NCBI GenBank assembly: GCA_002422905.1 | Contig: DITU01000116.1 | Span: 40,717-104,716 of the forward strand | DNA from: Verrucomicrobia bacterium UBA6176 | Lineage (GTDB): Bacteria; Verrucomicrobiota; Verrucomicrobiia; Limisphaerales; UBA9464 | Direction: 5' to 3' | DNA: 64,000 nt | Part shown: positions 46,401 through 53,910 of the stretch, piece by piece | How the letters are laid out: every line of letters begins with the position of its first letter | Position numbering within the stretch: position 1 is the first letter of the stretch | The notes under the pieces: model-generated | What the model was told of the DNA's origin: nothing | What the model saw: only the letters and a program-made list of their open reading frames with translations | The model's database searches: none | Translations under genes and position numbers: made by a program

Positions 46401-46515
46401 GGAGGACGAGCCAGCCGCGGATGTCCGGGGGCAGGATGTTCAAGGGTGCCGCCCATCCGGCGAAGGCCAGAATGAATCCGGCAAACCCGATGAGGAATCT
46501 CGACCAGGAAGGCAT
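43402..46515 (-). CDS. PEP-utilising-enzyme-like protein with permuted domain order (phosphohistidine swivel domain upstream of the PPDK_N ATP-grasp domain) and a signal/TM N-terminus
   Basis: N-terminal hydrophobic segment: FLIGFAGFILAFAGWAAP. Swivel-domain motif ILLTDVVPAEVPFLAGIIALTPATPNSHVAILAQGWEVPFV at about residues 298-338. PPDK_N motifs YVGGKAANFGLL, RSSTNVEDSDDFTGAGLYDSYSG and VGMAVLVHHSY at about residues 420-620. About 330 C-terminal residues are unassigned. Confidence 0.7.
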   Translation of the reverse strand: MPSWSRFLIGFAGFILAFAGWAAPLNILPPDIRGWLVLRSPGETNRIQILQASTDLATWAEAAVFHEGAFDFADVTAPTNVTRYFRVVSRVRHANDDGRNQLALPDDPFVVQEYSGVGEPGIGWVKFAILRGDETRVWFQDSNRHPFHHDFARLRLPPFLGMSRANFDQQTLHASNQVAVLGAVLVPGTAAGEIGIQFVGRDPYPREEVGRWLQLVQAAVRAPVGTRSFYVPTSEQIATAQTHRDWFAAAGFEVATADRWLSEDAVYSVGWALGKLVYVPGPQIAAAYAAGELRPENILLTDVVPAEVPFLAGIIALTPATPNSHVAILAQGWEVPFVWFASPETRARMLTLVGREIALRTDRNFFTEATVIDVEGRLPESVRSGLLSLKAQPRLNYTPRQSLGVIATNVHELRPDAIRYVGGKAANFGLLRRTLPQNSEPAIALTFDLWEAFLGQTLPNGRTLAAEIQEQLGQFTYPPDFALVRTRLESLRNTFRQTARFTPDQQAAILDALTAAGFDGSRKIRFRSSTNVEDSDDFTGAGLYDSYSGCLLDDLDGDSSGPSACDPLEANERGVFRAIQRVYASFFNENAFLERLRRGVNEAEVGMAVLVHHSYPDEIEMANGVATLHWQRSFGSVSMDGTLVTQLGANSVTNPDGASRPEVVDFYRSFGSTFLAQRQSSGLVPLGGHVMRWEADYQDLVRLLATVATGYAAQFPTLTSFTLDFEYKRLVPGTLEVKQVRRLPRPVPTPVTPYLLPVTGSWCVEEGEFSDIFAKHRLKSAFNLTADPRRLTDANLATPIYSGDRFEMRVGNETVTLTGPMSGWPEFLHGRTGDITRDSWTLGAGNDRRRLTLETQLLRSVTPPRAPWVITDDFQLTLTAQYARPQPSLGWTGPTTTTNDAARLVPCPVIGPDALPQFRSFPAGNGVVVETRFIWPAAPRGPTAGYTAPNIGFVETRISGLTTTPLVLQNRASQTYAPGHHNFTETFLFEPALDSGISPAQLAELETAQIRQLVVDADFDTARFWVVDATGKLRALN

Positions 46516-46644
46516 GGGACGACCCTGCGCAGTCGTGTGCTTGGTGCAAGCCCCGGGGAGGAGTGGGGATTATGCCGGGGGGCGGTTCAGCGAAGAGTTA
46601 GGGCGTGGCACAGCCTGCTGGAATCGCTCCGGGATAAGCTTGGC

Positions 46645-46675
46645 GTTTCGAGTACGAGTTCGAGTACGAGTACGG
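46645..46675. repeat. 12-bp-period simple repeat (ttcgagtacgag), copy C1
   Basis: gtttcgagtacgagttcgagtacgagtacgg recurs at 47780-47812 as gtttcgagtacgagctcgagtacgagtacgacg. Confidence 0.7.
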
Positions 46676-46782
46676 GGACCAATTCAAGGGTTGGCCATCC
46701 CGTGGTCGGCAGGTATCGGGAACTTGGGAGCCTGTCGCCCGGAATGCTCGAACTCAGGATGTCGGATCTTGGCCGCTCGAAC

Positions 46783-47193
46783 ATGAAATCGAGGGATTCC
46801 AGGAAAGTTTGTCGTTGGCTGCTCGTTTGGACTGCCTTGATGATTTCACTCGGCATCTTCTCGGTATGGATTGGCTGGTTCGCGGGGTCCCGGAGCGGAA
46901 TGGATCAAGGTGGACATGGGTTCCCCGTCGGGGGGCTTTCACGAGATTATGTTCCTGAGGTTAGGAAATCTCTCAGGTGGGGCGTTTTTAGATCCATTGG
47001 AAGGCGGGACTGGCTGGGGGCAGTCCAGAGTTTCGAGTACTGGGCGTTTGGGCGCTATCAGGCAAGGGGGATTGTTGACGGTGTTTTGTATGTCTCGGTC
47101 AAGTCTGGGGACAATATTGGTGCCGTGGCCCTCATCTGGGAGGATGATGGGAAAGCTAGGGCCGTTGGCACCTCTCCGAAATGGGGTAATTAG
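46783..47193 (+). CDS. Hypothetical small membrane-anchored protein in a lower-GC patch
   Basis: 136 codons: MKSRDSRKVCRWLLVWTALMISLGIFSVWIGWFAG..., with one predicted TM helix. GC is visibly lower than in the neighbouring sequence. I recognise no family. It is the in-frame tail of track ORF 45541-47193, whose remainder is antisense to the PEP-enzyme gene. Confidence 0.3.
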   Translation: MKSRDSRKVCRWLLVWTALMISLGIFSVWIGWFAGSRSGMDQGGHGFPVGGLSRDYVPEVRKSLRWGVFRSIGRRDWLGAVQSFEYWAFGRYQARGIVDGVLYVSVKSGDNIGAVALIWEDDGKARAVGTSPKWGN

Positions 47194-47330
47194 ACGGGTT
47201 GTTGGCGCGTATCAGCAGTGCCGAGGCCTTTGAGTACGGGATCAATTAGGGGTGCGGGGGAACGGACTCGGGAGCCAGTCGCTATTCCCGGGTGTGGATG
47301 ATCCGACGGTGGCCCAACGTCGTTGTTCCC

Positions 47331-47522
47331 TGAGAGGGTTTCGCGCGAAGCCGCAGAGAACGCTGAGAACGCAACAAGGGGGGAGGAGGTGTGGAGCCTG
47401 TCCTGAATGTTCTGCCCTTTCAGGGCGGGGAGGACTTGTTGGGGTTGTACCCAGCGCGTTGCGCTGGGCTGTGGAGTTGTTGCCCCTTCGGGGCGGGGGT
47501 GATGGGTGGAGCCTGTCCCTGA
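47331..47522 (+). repeat. ~192-bp dispersed repeat, copy B1
   Basis: It starts tgagagggtttcgcgcgaag and ends gatgggtggagcctgtccctga. It contains the hairpins cccagcgc-gtt-gcgctggg and gcccc-ttc-ggggc. It is a direct repeat of 47844-48036, roughly 85% identical by eye, with the last ~75 nt almost identical. Confidence 0.8.
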
Positions 47523-47704
47523 TCCGACGGAGAGGGATGTAGTGCAGATCTTCACCTCGAAAACTCCGATTTTGCTGAGCTTTCGCGATTTCAATAGGCC
47601 AGGTAGCGAAAGTCCGGCGAGGGAGTGCCGCTCCATGGATTCTTGGGGACAGGCTCATGGGATCAGCGGCTTGGTGGCGGAGGGAAGTGCGCCTGGTGAT
47701 GGGA

Positions 47705-47749
47705 GGAGCCTGTCCCCAGCGGACGGGGCAATCCCTGGGGACAGGCTCC
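47705..47749. repeat. Perfect 13-bp inverted repeat of the GGAGCCTGTCCCC motif
   Basis: ggagcctgtcccc (47705-47717) pairs with ggggacaggctcc (47737-47749) around a 19-nt loop. The same 12-13-mer occurs at least 6 more times between 47391 and 48035. Confidence 0.75.
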
Positions 47750-47779
47750 AGGGGTGGGAGCGGGTTCAGGTCCAGTAGT

Positions 47780-47812
47780 GTTTCGAGTACGAGCTCGAGT
47801 ACGAGTACGACG
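47780..47812. repeat. 12-bp-period simple repeat, copy C2
   Basis: See copy C1 at 46645-46675. Confidence 0.7.
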
Positions 47813-47843
47813 ATGGGTTCGGGAGCCTGTCCCTATTCGCTCT

Positions 47844-48036
47844 TGAGAGGGTTTCGCGCGAAGTCGCAAAGAACGCGGAGAACGCAAAATGGGGGGAGGA
47901 GGTGTGGAGCCTGTCCCCAGAGGGTGCTGCCCCTTCAGGGCGGGGAGATTCTGGTGGGGGTGAACCCAGCGCGTTGCGCTGGGCTGTGGAGTTGTTGCCC
48001 CTTCGGGGCGGGGGTGATGGGGGAGCCTGTCCCTGA
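47844..48036 (+). repeat. ~193-bp dispersed repeat, copy B2
   Basis: See copy B1. It is followed by the ctctgtg-type simple sequence tcctctctgtgtcctctgtgaactctgtggtga at 48041-48072, which resembles 19768-19797. Confidence 0.8.
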
Positions 48037-48088
48037 GGGATCCTCTCTGTGTCCTCTGTGAACTCTGTGGTGAGGGTTCGGTTTGGAG

Positions 48089-49054
48089 TCAGGGCCAGTG
48101 CCAGAGGGCGGTGCCGTCGGGGATCCAGAGGGAGATGGTGCCGGTGGCGTCGCCGGTGGCGAGGCGGGGGGAACGGGGATCGGTGGCGAGGGAAAGGAGC
48201 CAGTCGGAGGAAGCCGGCCAGGAGTGGAGGACCTGATCGCTGGTGGAATCGATGCGTCGCACGATGCCTTCGGTGCCGGCGGAGTAGAGGGATTGTCCGT
48301 CGTGGGCGTAGGCAAGGGCCAGGATGGAGCCGTGATGATGTCGGACGATCCGGACCATGCGGCCGATGCCGGGTTGCCAGATGCGGAGGGTTCGGTCGTC
48401 GCCAGCAGTGGCGCAGGTGGGTGGGGTGGCGCCGGGTTGGAAGGCAATGACCTGGGGGGCTTCGGTGTGGTGACCGAAGGAACGGAGGAGGGAAGCGTTG
48501 CGGGGCGACCAGACCTTGACGGCGCGATCGGCGGCGACACTGACGAGAAGGGAGGTGTCGGGTGCGAAGGCGATGCCGAGGACGCGACCGGAATGGCCGT
48601 TGAAGGTGAGGGGGGTTGAAGCGGAATCGGGATCGAGGGCCAGGGACTGGAGTTGGTCGGCGGTCGAATGGATGAGGGATTGTTGACCGGGATGGAGGGC
48701 GACGGCCTGGATGAGATCGGAGGAGCGGGTCCATCGGCGGATCTCGGTTCCGCCGGGGAGAGCGAGTTCGACGATGACCCCGGATTCGCCGGGGATGCCG
48801 CCGCCGATCCAGAGTCGGGAGGAATCGGGATGGATGGCGAGGCAGGTGATCTTGGGGAGATCGATGGGGATGGACTTGGGTGGCAGGGGTTCGATTGAGG
48901 GGAAGAGTAGGAGGGTACGGGGTCGGGCGGCGACGAGGAGGGAGGCGTCGGGGGTGAAGGCGAGTGCGGTGACGGGAGCGGGAATGGGAGGGGCACCCTG
49001 GGTGAGGGGAAGGAAGATCAGGGCGAGGAGGAGGGACAGGCCCGGGCGGATCAT
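48089..49054 (-). CDS. WD40-repeat protein (secreted), last gene of the DUF1549/1553-DUF1501 operon
   Basis: Signal peptide: MIRPGLSLLLALIFLPLTQG. WD-like blocks include GHSGRVLGIAFAPDTSLLVSVAADRAVKVWS, ATAGDDRTLRIWQ and LATGDATGTISLW. The ATG overlaps the DUF1501 stop (ATGA). Confidence 0.75.
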   Translation of the reverse strand: MIRPGLSLLLALIFLPLTQGAPPIPAPVTALAFTPDASLLVAARPRTLLLFPSIEPLPPKSIPIDLPKITCLAIHPDSSRLWIGGGIPGESGVIVELALPGGTEIRRWTRSSDLIQAVALHPGQQSLIHSTADQLQSLALDPDSASTPLTFNGHSGRVLGIAFAPDTSLLVSVAADRAVKVWSPRNASLLRSFGHHTEAPQVIAFQPGATPPTCATAGDDRTLRIWQPGIGRMVRIVRHHHGSILALAYAHDGQSLYSAGTEGIVRRIDSTSDQVLHSWPASSDWLLSLATDPRSPRLATGDATGTISLWIPDGTALWHWP

Positions 49055-50412
49055 GTGAGTTCGCGGATGAAGGAGCCCTCGGAAAGGATGCGCATGGGGC
49101 GTCCGGAGGGGGTGACGATCTCGGCGGTGGGTTGGACGCCGAGGAGGGTGAGGATGGAGCAGGCGAGGTCCTGGGGGGACACGGGACGTTCGATGGGAGA
49201 TTCGCCGAAGGTATTGGTGGCGCCGATGACGCGACCGCCCTGGACGCCACCGCCAGCGAGGGTGACGAAGCCGGCGCGCGGCCAGTGATCGCGTCCACCG
49301 GAGGCATTGAGTTTCGGGGTTCGACCGAATTCGCCCATCAAAACGACGAGGGTGGAGTCGAGGAGTCCGCGTTGGTGGAGATCGGTGATGAGGGCGGAGA
49401 AGGCGCGGTCGAGGGCGGGGATCTTGCCGCTGCCGGGGAAGCGGGAATCGGGGAGTTCGCGGGCGATCTGCTGATGGGTATCCCAGCCGGGATCAACGAC
49501 GGTGACGAAGCGGGAACCGGCCTCGACGAGACGACGGGCGAGGAGACAACCGGTGCCGAGCCGACCGGGGCCATAGGCCTGTCGGGCGGCGGGTGATTCG
49601 TCGGAGAGCGCGAAGGCGTTGCGGGCCTCGGGCGAGGCGAGGAGGCGATAGGCCTGTTCGTAGAAGGCGTCGCGATTGCGGATGGCAGGGCTGGAATCGG
49701 GGAGGGAAGCGAACCGGTCGAGACGGTCGAGCATGTCGCGTCGCCGGTCGGATCGGTCGAAGGAGACGTTCTCGGGGAGGTTGAGATCGGGAACCTGACC
49801 GGGATTGGCGCCGGCATTGAACGGATTGAAGGCACCGGGAAGGAAACCGGAGCGGGCGGCATTGGACTGGCCGCCGACGGCATCGCCGGGGATGGCGATG
49901 TAGGGGGGGAGCAGGGGGGGAGCCTTGCGGGAGTGCCAGGCGACGATGGAACCGAGACTGGGATGATCGAGGGCGGGGTTGGGGCGATGCCCGGTGAGGA
50001 GGAAACGGGAGCCGGTATCGTGATTGCCGAGTTCGTGGGTGAGGGAACGGATGAGGGCGATGTGTTGCATCAACCGGGCGGTGCGCGGGAGATGTTCGCA
50101 GAGATGGATTCCGGGAACGGACGAGGGAATGGAGGCGAAGGGACTGCGGACCTCGACGGGGGCGTCGGGTTTGGGATCGAAGGTATCGATGTGGCTGGGG
50201 CCGCCATCGAGCCAGATGAGGATGCAGGATCTGGCGCGGGATGAAGCGGGCTGGGGTTGGGCGGGAGCCTGGGCCTGGAGACGGAGGAGTCCGGCAAGGC
50301 TGAGGCCCAAAGCGGAGAGACCGCCGAGCTGGAGGAACTGGCGGCGTGCGACGCCATCGCAGCGGAGGGTCGAACCGGGGATCCGAGTCGTGGGGTGGAG
50401 GTTGGGGGACAT
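49051..50412 (-). CDS. DUF1501 domain protein (Tat signal)
   Basis: Motifs: ARRQFLQLGGLSALGLSLAGLL, WLDGGPSHIDTFDPKP, and MGEFGRTPKLN..GGRDHW. Confidence 0.85.
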   Translation of the reverse strand: MSPNLHPTTRIPGSTLRCDGVARRQFLQLGGLSALGLSLAGLLRLQAQAPAQPQPASSRARSCILIWLDGGPSHIDTFDPKPDAPVEVRSPFASIPSSVPGIHLCEHLPRTARLMQHIALIRSLTHELGNHDTGSRFLLTGHRPNPALDHPSLGSIVAWHSRKAPPLLPPYIAIPGDAVGGQSNAARSGFLPGAFNPFNAGANPGQVPDLNLPENVSFDRSDRRRDMLDRLDRFASLPDSSPAIRNRDAFYEQAYRLLASPEARNAFALSDESPAARQAYGPGRLGTGCLLARRLVEAGSRFVTVVDPGWDTHQQIARELPDSRFPGSGKIPALDRAFSALITDLHQRGLLDSTLVVLMGEFGRTPKLNASGGRDHWPRAGFVTLAGGGVQGGRVIGATNTFGESPIERPVSPQDLACSILTLLGVQPTAEIVTPSGRPMRILSEGSFIRELT

Positions 50413-50417
50413 CGCGA

Positions 50418-52589
50418 TCAGTGGTTGAAGTGGAACTCGCGGGAATTGAGCAGGGCCCAGAGAAGGTCTTCGGCGAGGTCGACGCGACGGGTGTTGTCGG
50501 AGAGTCGGCTGGTCCAGGTCTGGAGTTCGGTTGGGGAGGGAGGGCGCGAGAGGGTGTGAAGGTAAAGTTTGCAGACGAGGGCGTCGTTGGATTCCCCGGA
50601 CTGGAGCCAGAGCGGAAGATTACCGCGGGAGAGGCGTGAATTGAGGGTGGCGCCGTTGAGGAGATGGAGGGCCTGGGCGAGACCGCCACCGGCGATTCCT
50701 GAAGATTCGCAGGAAGCTTCGCGGGAACAGCGGCCGAGGATGTCGAGGGCCTGGGACGGGGTTTGGGAACCGGTCAACTGGACGGCGTGATCGACATCGG
50801 GTTGATCCGGGAACACTTCGGGGACGCCGGTGGCCTGGACGATCATGTCGAGGAACACCCGGCCATCGGGGGACTTGAGCAGGGCGTGGGAATGGAGTCG
50901 GTCATCGGCGGCGTTGCCCGGGAGGGTTTCCGAGGAGCGCTGATAGGTGGCGGAGGTGACGATGGTCCGGACGAGGCGCCGCAGGTTGAATCCGTTTGAG
51001 GCGAAGTCGTGGGCGAGGGCATCCAGGAGATCGGGATGGGTGGCCGGGTTGGTGGGGCGGAGGTCATCGACGGGTTCGACCAGGCCACGGCCCATGAGAT
51101 GACGCCAGACGCGGTTGACGAAGGCGCGGGCGAACAGGGGATTTTCCGGGGAGACCAGCCAATCGGCCAAGGCGAGGCGACGGTCGGATTCCGGATCGAG
51201 GGAGGATCGTTCGCCGAGAGGGCGTGGGGCGAGGGGACGACCGGATTGGGGATCTTCGACTTCGCCCTGAGCGGCGGTGGTGATGCGGCCGCCGTCGCGT
51301 TGGATCCGGGCGAAGAAGGCGGCGAACTGATGGTAATCGGTGCGGGTCCAGCGGTCGGCCGGATGGGCATGGCAACGGGCGCATCCGATGCGTGCGGCGA
51401 GGAAGATGGAACCGGCGTGTTCAGCGAGATCGCGGGGGTCGTTGGCGAGCAGGGCGAAGGAGGCGGGGCCGACATCCTGAACGGAGCCCTGGGCGGTGAG
51501 GAGTTGGTGGGCGATGCGATCCCACGGTGCGTTGGTGGCGATCTGTTGATGGAGCCAGGATTGGAAGGTGCGAGCGGCGGATTCGCCTCCGCGTTTGCCG
51601 GAGATCAACAGGAGATCGGCGAGGTGCATCGACCAGAGATCGGTGAATTCGGGGGAACGGAGGAGGCGATCGACGAGGGCGTCGCGGGTGGCGGAGGAAT
51701 CGCGGGTGATGAAATCCCGGATCAGGGCGGGATCGGGCAATCGCCCGGTGAGGTCGAGATGGATGCGCCGGAGGAATTCGGTGGGTTCGGCATCCGGCGA
51801 TGGCGGGATGTTCATGACCTGCAACCGGCGCAGGATGGTTTCGTCGATGTAATTTCTGGGAACAGTGCGGGCGAAGGCGTCGGAGGGAAGGGCGTTGGTG
51901 AAGGGGTGTTCGACGCGGACGGCGGCGACGGCACCGGCGAAGCGGATCATGACGGCGGTGGTTCCGGGGCCGAGGAGGCGGACATGGCCCGAGCGGTCGA
52001 CCTCGGCGATGGAATCGTCGTTGGACGAGTAGAGGGCGAGGGGAGAGACGTCGGTGGACGAGCCGTCGGAGAGGAGGGCGGTGACGCGGATGGGTTGGGG
52101 TTGGGATGAGGGAACGGGATGAAGCAGCGGGGGATGGGCGAGGAGTTGGGTGACGACGAGATCGGTGCGGCCGATGGGTGCGCCTTGGGCGATCCAGTGT
52201 TGGAGGAGGAGGGTATCGGGGGAGTCGGATCGCAGTCGGCGTCCGCCTTCGTGATCGAGTTGGTCGGTGGCCTTGCGAAGGAGAAGGCTTTGGGCGGGTT
52301 GTGAGAAGTCGATCCTACGGGCGCCGAGTTCGCGGGTGATGCTGGCGTGATCGAGATCGGGGGCGTAGCCGAGGAGGCTGAGTTTGAATCCGCCCTGGCC
52401 GGTGGCGGCGCCGTGACAGGCGCCGCCGTTGCATCCGGCCTTGGTGAGGATGGGAAGGATGCGGAGATGGAAGTCGGGGGGAGGATTGGTGCTGGCGTGG
52501 GTGGTCGGGAGGACGAAGAGGGAAAGGAGGAGGAGGAAGAGATGGAGTCTCCTGACGTCGCCGGCTACGGGGGATGGGGCGGGGGTCAT
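50418..52589 (-). CDS. DUF1549 (PSCyt2) / Big_2 / DUF1553 (PSD1) protein
   Basis: The start was reassigned to the ATG at 52589 (MTPAPSPVAGDVRRLHLFLLLLSLFVLP), which overlaps the upstream stop (ATGA). Motifs: ILTKAGCNGGACHG, an Ig-like segment ...VTALLSDGSSTDVSP...GTTAVMIRFAG, NYIDETILRRLQVMNIPPSP, RIGCARCHAHPADRWTRTDYHQFAAFF, and THPDLLDALAHDF. Confidence 0.85.
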   Translation of the reverse strand: MTPAPSPVAGDVRRLHLFLLLLSLFVLPTTHASTNPPPDFHLRILPILTKAGCNGGACHGAATGQGGFKLSLLGYAPDLDHASITRELGARRIDFSQPAQSLLLRKATDQLDHEGGRRLRSDSPDTLLLQHWIAQGAPIGRTDLVVTQLLAHPPLLHPVPSSQPQPIRVTALLSDGSSTDVSPLALYSSNDDSIAEVDRSGHVRLLGPGTTAVMIRFAGAVAAVRVEHPFTNALPSDAFARTVPRNYIDETILRRLQVMNIPPSPDAEPTEFLRRIHLDLTGRLPDPALIRDFITRDSSATRDALVDRLLRSPEFTDLWSMHLADLLLISGKRGGESAARTFQSWLHQQIATNAPWDRIAHQLLTAQGSVQDVGPASFALLANDPRDLAEHAGSIFLAARIGCARCHAHPADRWTRTDYHQFAAFFARIQRDGGRITTAAQGEVEDPQSGRPLAPRPLGERSSLDPESDRRLALADWLVSPENPLFARAFVNRVWRHLMGRGLVEPVDDLRPTNPATHPDLLDALAHDFASNGFNLRRLVRTIVTSATYQRSSETLPGNAADDRLHSHALLKSPDGRVFLDMIVQATGVPEVFPDQPDVDHAVQLTGSQTPSQALDILGRCSREASCESSGIAGGGLAQALHLLNGATLNSRLSRGNLPLWLQSGESNDALVCKLYLHTLSRPPSPTELQTWTSRLSDNTRRVDLAEDLLWALLNSREFHFNH

Positions 52590-53488
52590 GGGGACTTCTG
52601 GAGTGATTGGAGGAATTCGGTGCCGAGCTTGCGCGAATAGGCGGTGCCGTAGCGGTCGCCGAAGTGGAGCACCCGGGTCCAGCCATCGATGGCCTGTTGT
52701 CGGAGGGCGGGATCGGTTCCGATGTGTTTCTTCACCTCGACGAGGACCGAGTCGACGGTGGCGTCGTCGTTGGTGGGTCGGATGAAACTTCGGAGCAGGC
52801 CCTGAAGGATGGGATCCGTGGGGACGGCGCCGGGGAAGGGATCCCTGGCCGGGGCGGCATTGGTGCCGGAGGCGGGGGTGCGGGACATGCGATCCATGCG
52901 CCCGCCCTGGGGACCGGCGAGGAGGGCCTGGGCGGAGGGCGGGTTGGTGTCGCCGCAGAGTTGGGCGAGGGCGGCGATGATGCGGGGGGCATCGGCGATG
53001 CCGGGTTGGACGAGGGCGAAGTTGGTGACAACGCGATTGTCGCGGGCGCCGATGACGGTCATGAGGCAATCCTTGTTGAGACCGTAATTGCCGGGGCCTT
53101 CGGCGCCGTCGGAGGAGAGGCCGACGGGGGCCTGGAGGCGGAGGGAACCTGAGGCGGCCTTGACGCGTTGTTCGCCGGAGATGCGGTCGGGTTGGAGGAA
53201 GACGATCTCGGTGCGGAGCCGGGAGGCATTGGAGGCGCCGTAGGAGTCGATGGTGCGGAGGAGGGGGACGAGGGAACGTTCGATGCCGTGGAGGAAGACG
53301 ATGGCGGTGGGTGCGCCCTGGTGGAGGGCGATGGGATCGCGGTCTGAACCGGCACCGGGCCCATGGAGGGCGATTACTTTGAACGGGGTGATCTTCTCGC
53401 CGGCCTGGGGTCCGGAGAACACGGGATCCACGGCGGCGAGCGCGGTGGCGCCGAGGAGTGCGAAGGCGAGTAGGACGCTGCGAGGCAT
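52586..53488 (-). CDS. Secreted hypothetical protein, possibly thioredoxin-fold-like without CxxC; first gene of the operon
   Basis: Signal peptide: MPRSVLLAFALLGATALA. The N-terminal half has a redoxin-like layout (GEKITPFKV...GAPTAIVFLHG) but no catalytic cysteine pair. The fold assignment is weak. Confidence 0.4.
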   Translation of the reverse strand: MPRSVLLAFALLGATALAAVDPVFSGPQAGEKITPFKVIALHGPGAGSDRDPIALHQGAPTAIVFLHGIERSLVPLLRTIDSYGASNASRLRTEIVFLQPDRISGEQRVKAASGSLRLQAPVGLSSDGAEGPGNYGLNKDCLMTVIGARDNRVVTNFALVQPGIADAPRIIAALAQLCGDTNPPSAQALLAGPQGGRMDRMSRTPASGTNAAPARDPFPGAVPTDPILQGLLRSFIRPTNDDATVDSVLVEVKKHIGTDPALRQQAIDGWTRVLHFGDRYGTAYSRKLGTEFLQSLQKSP

Positions 53489-53622
53489 GATGAAGGGGTA
53501 CTGGCAATGGTGGTGAATGGGAAGGCGGGATTGGATATGGAACGGAGCGCATATGAAAGAAGTGCTCCGGCGAACTCAGGGTTGAGGATGGAGACGTGGT
53601 CCAGGCATGGAACCATCCGGTC

Positions 53623-53672
53623 GGATCAGTCGTTCCGGCTGGAACTTCTTTCGCAATGCCTTCGTTGTTCGC
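53623..53672 (+). repeat. Second copy of the 50-nt core found inside the TIR element at 23373-23422
   Basis: ggatcagtcgttccggctggaacttctttcgcaatgccttcgttgttcgc compared with ggatcggtcgtttcggctggatcttcttccgcaatgccttcgtcgttcgc gives 45/50 identical, same orientation. It lies in the divergent intergenic region 53489-53910. Confidence 0.6.
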
Positions 53673-53910
53673 CGCTATCCCGCAGTGCAGGACGCCTCGC
53701 CATCCCTACGGGATAAGGACGGGCTTCGGCTCATCCGACTGTTTGATCCGCAAGACAGCCGCGTTCCCGAGACAAAACGTGCTCACCTGATTTCGGTATG
53801 GCCAGACCTTCGGGGGCCGGGCAGTTTTCAAGAAGCGTGGATGAAGAGGTTGTGGGCGGAATGGCCGACGGGCGGTCGCGACCCATCAGGCTGAATTCAT
53901 CACCGCCTGA

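Noticed and set aside
45541-46782. First ~414 codons of plus-strand ORF 45541-47193
   Set aside because: They are antisense to the PEP-utilising-like gene. Only the last 136 codons, beyond that gene, were kept, and only as a low-confidence hypothetical.
47766-49307. Pro/Ser-rich minus-strand ORFs 47766-49307 and 47935-48996
   Set aside because: They are alternative frames over the WD40 gene and the repeat block. They are low complexity, whereas the 48089-49054 frame has WD repeats, a signal peptide and ATGA coupling to DUF1501.
52590-53552. N-terminal ~320 codons of track ORF 50418-53552
   Set aside because: This is a Pro/Arg-rich extension overlapping, in another frame, the better-supported gene 52586-53488. 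A signal peptide and an ATGA junction support the internal start at 52589.
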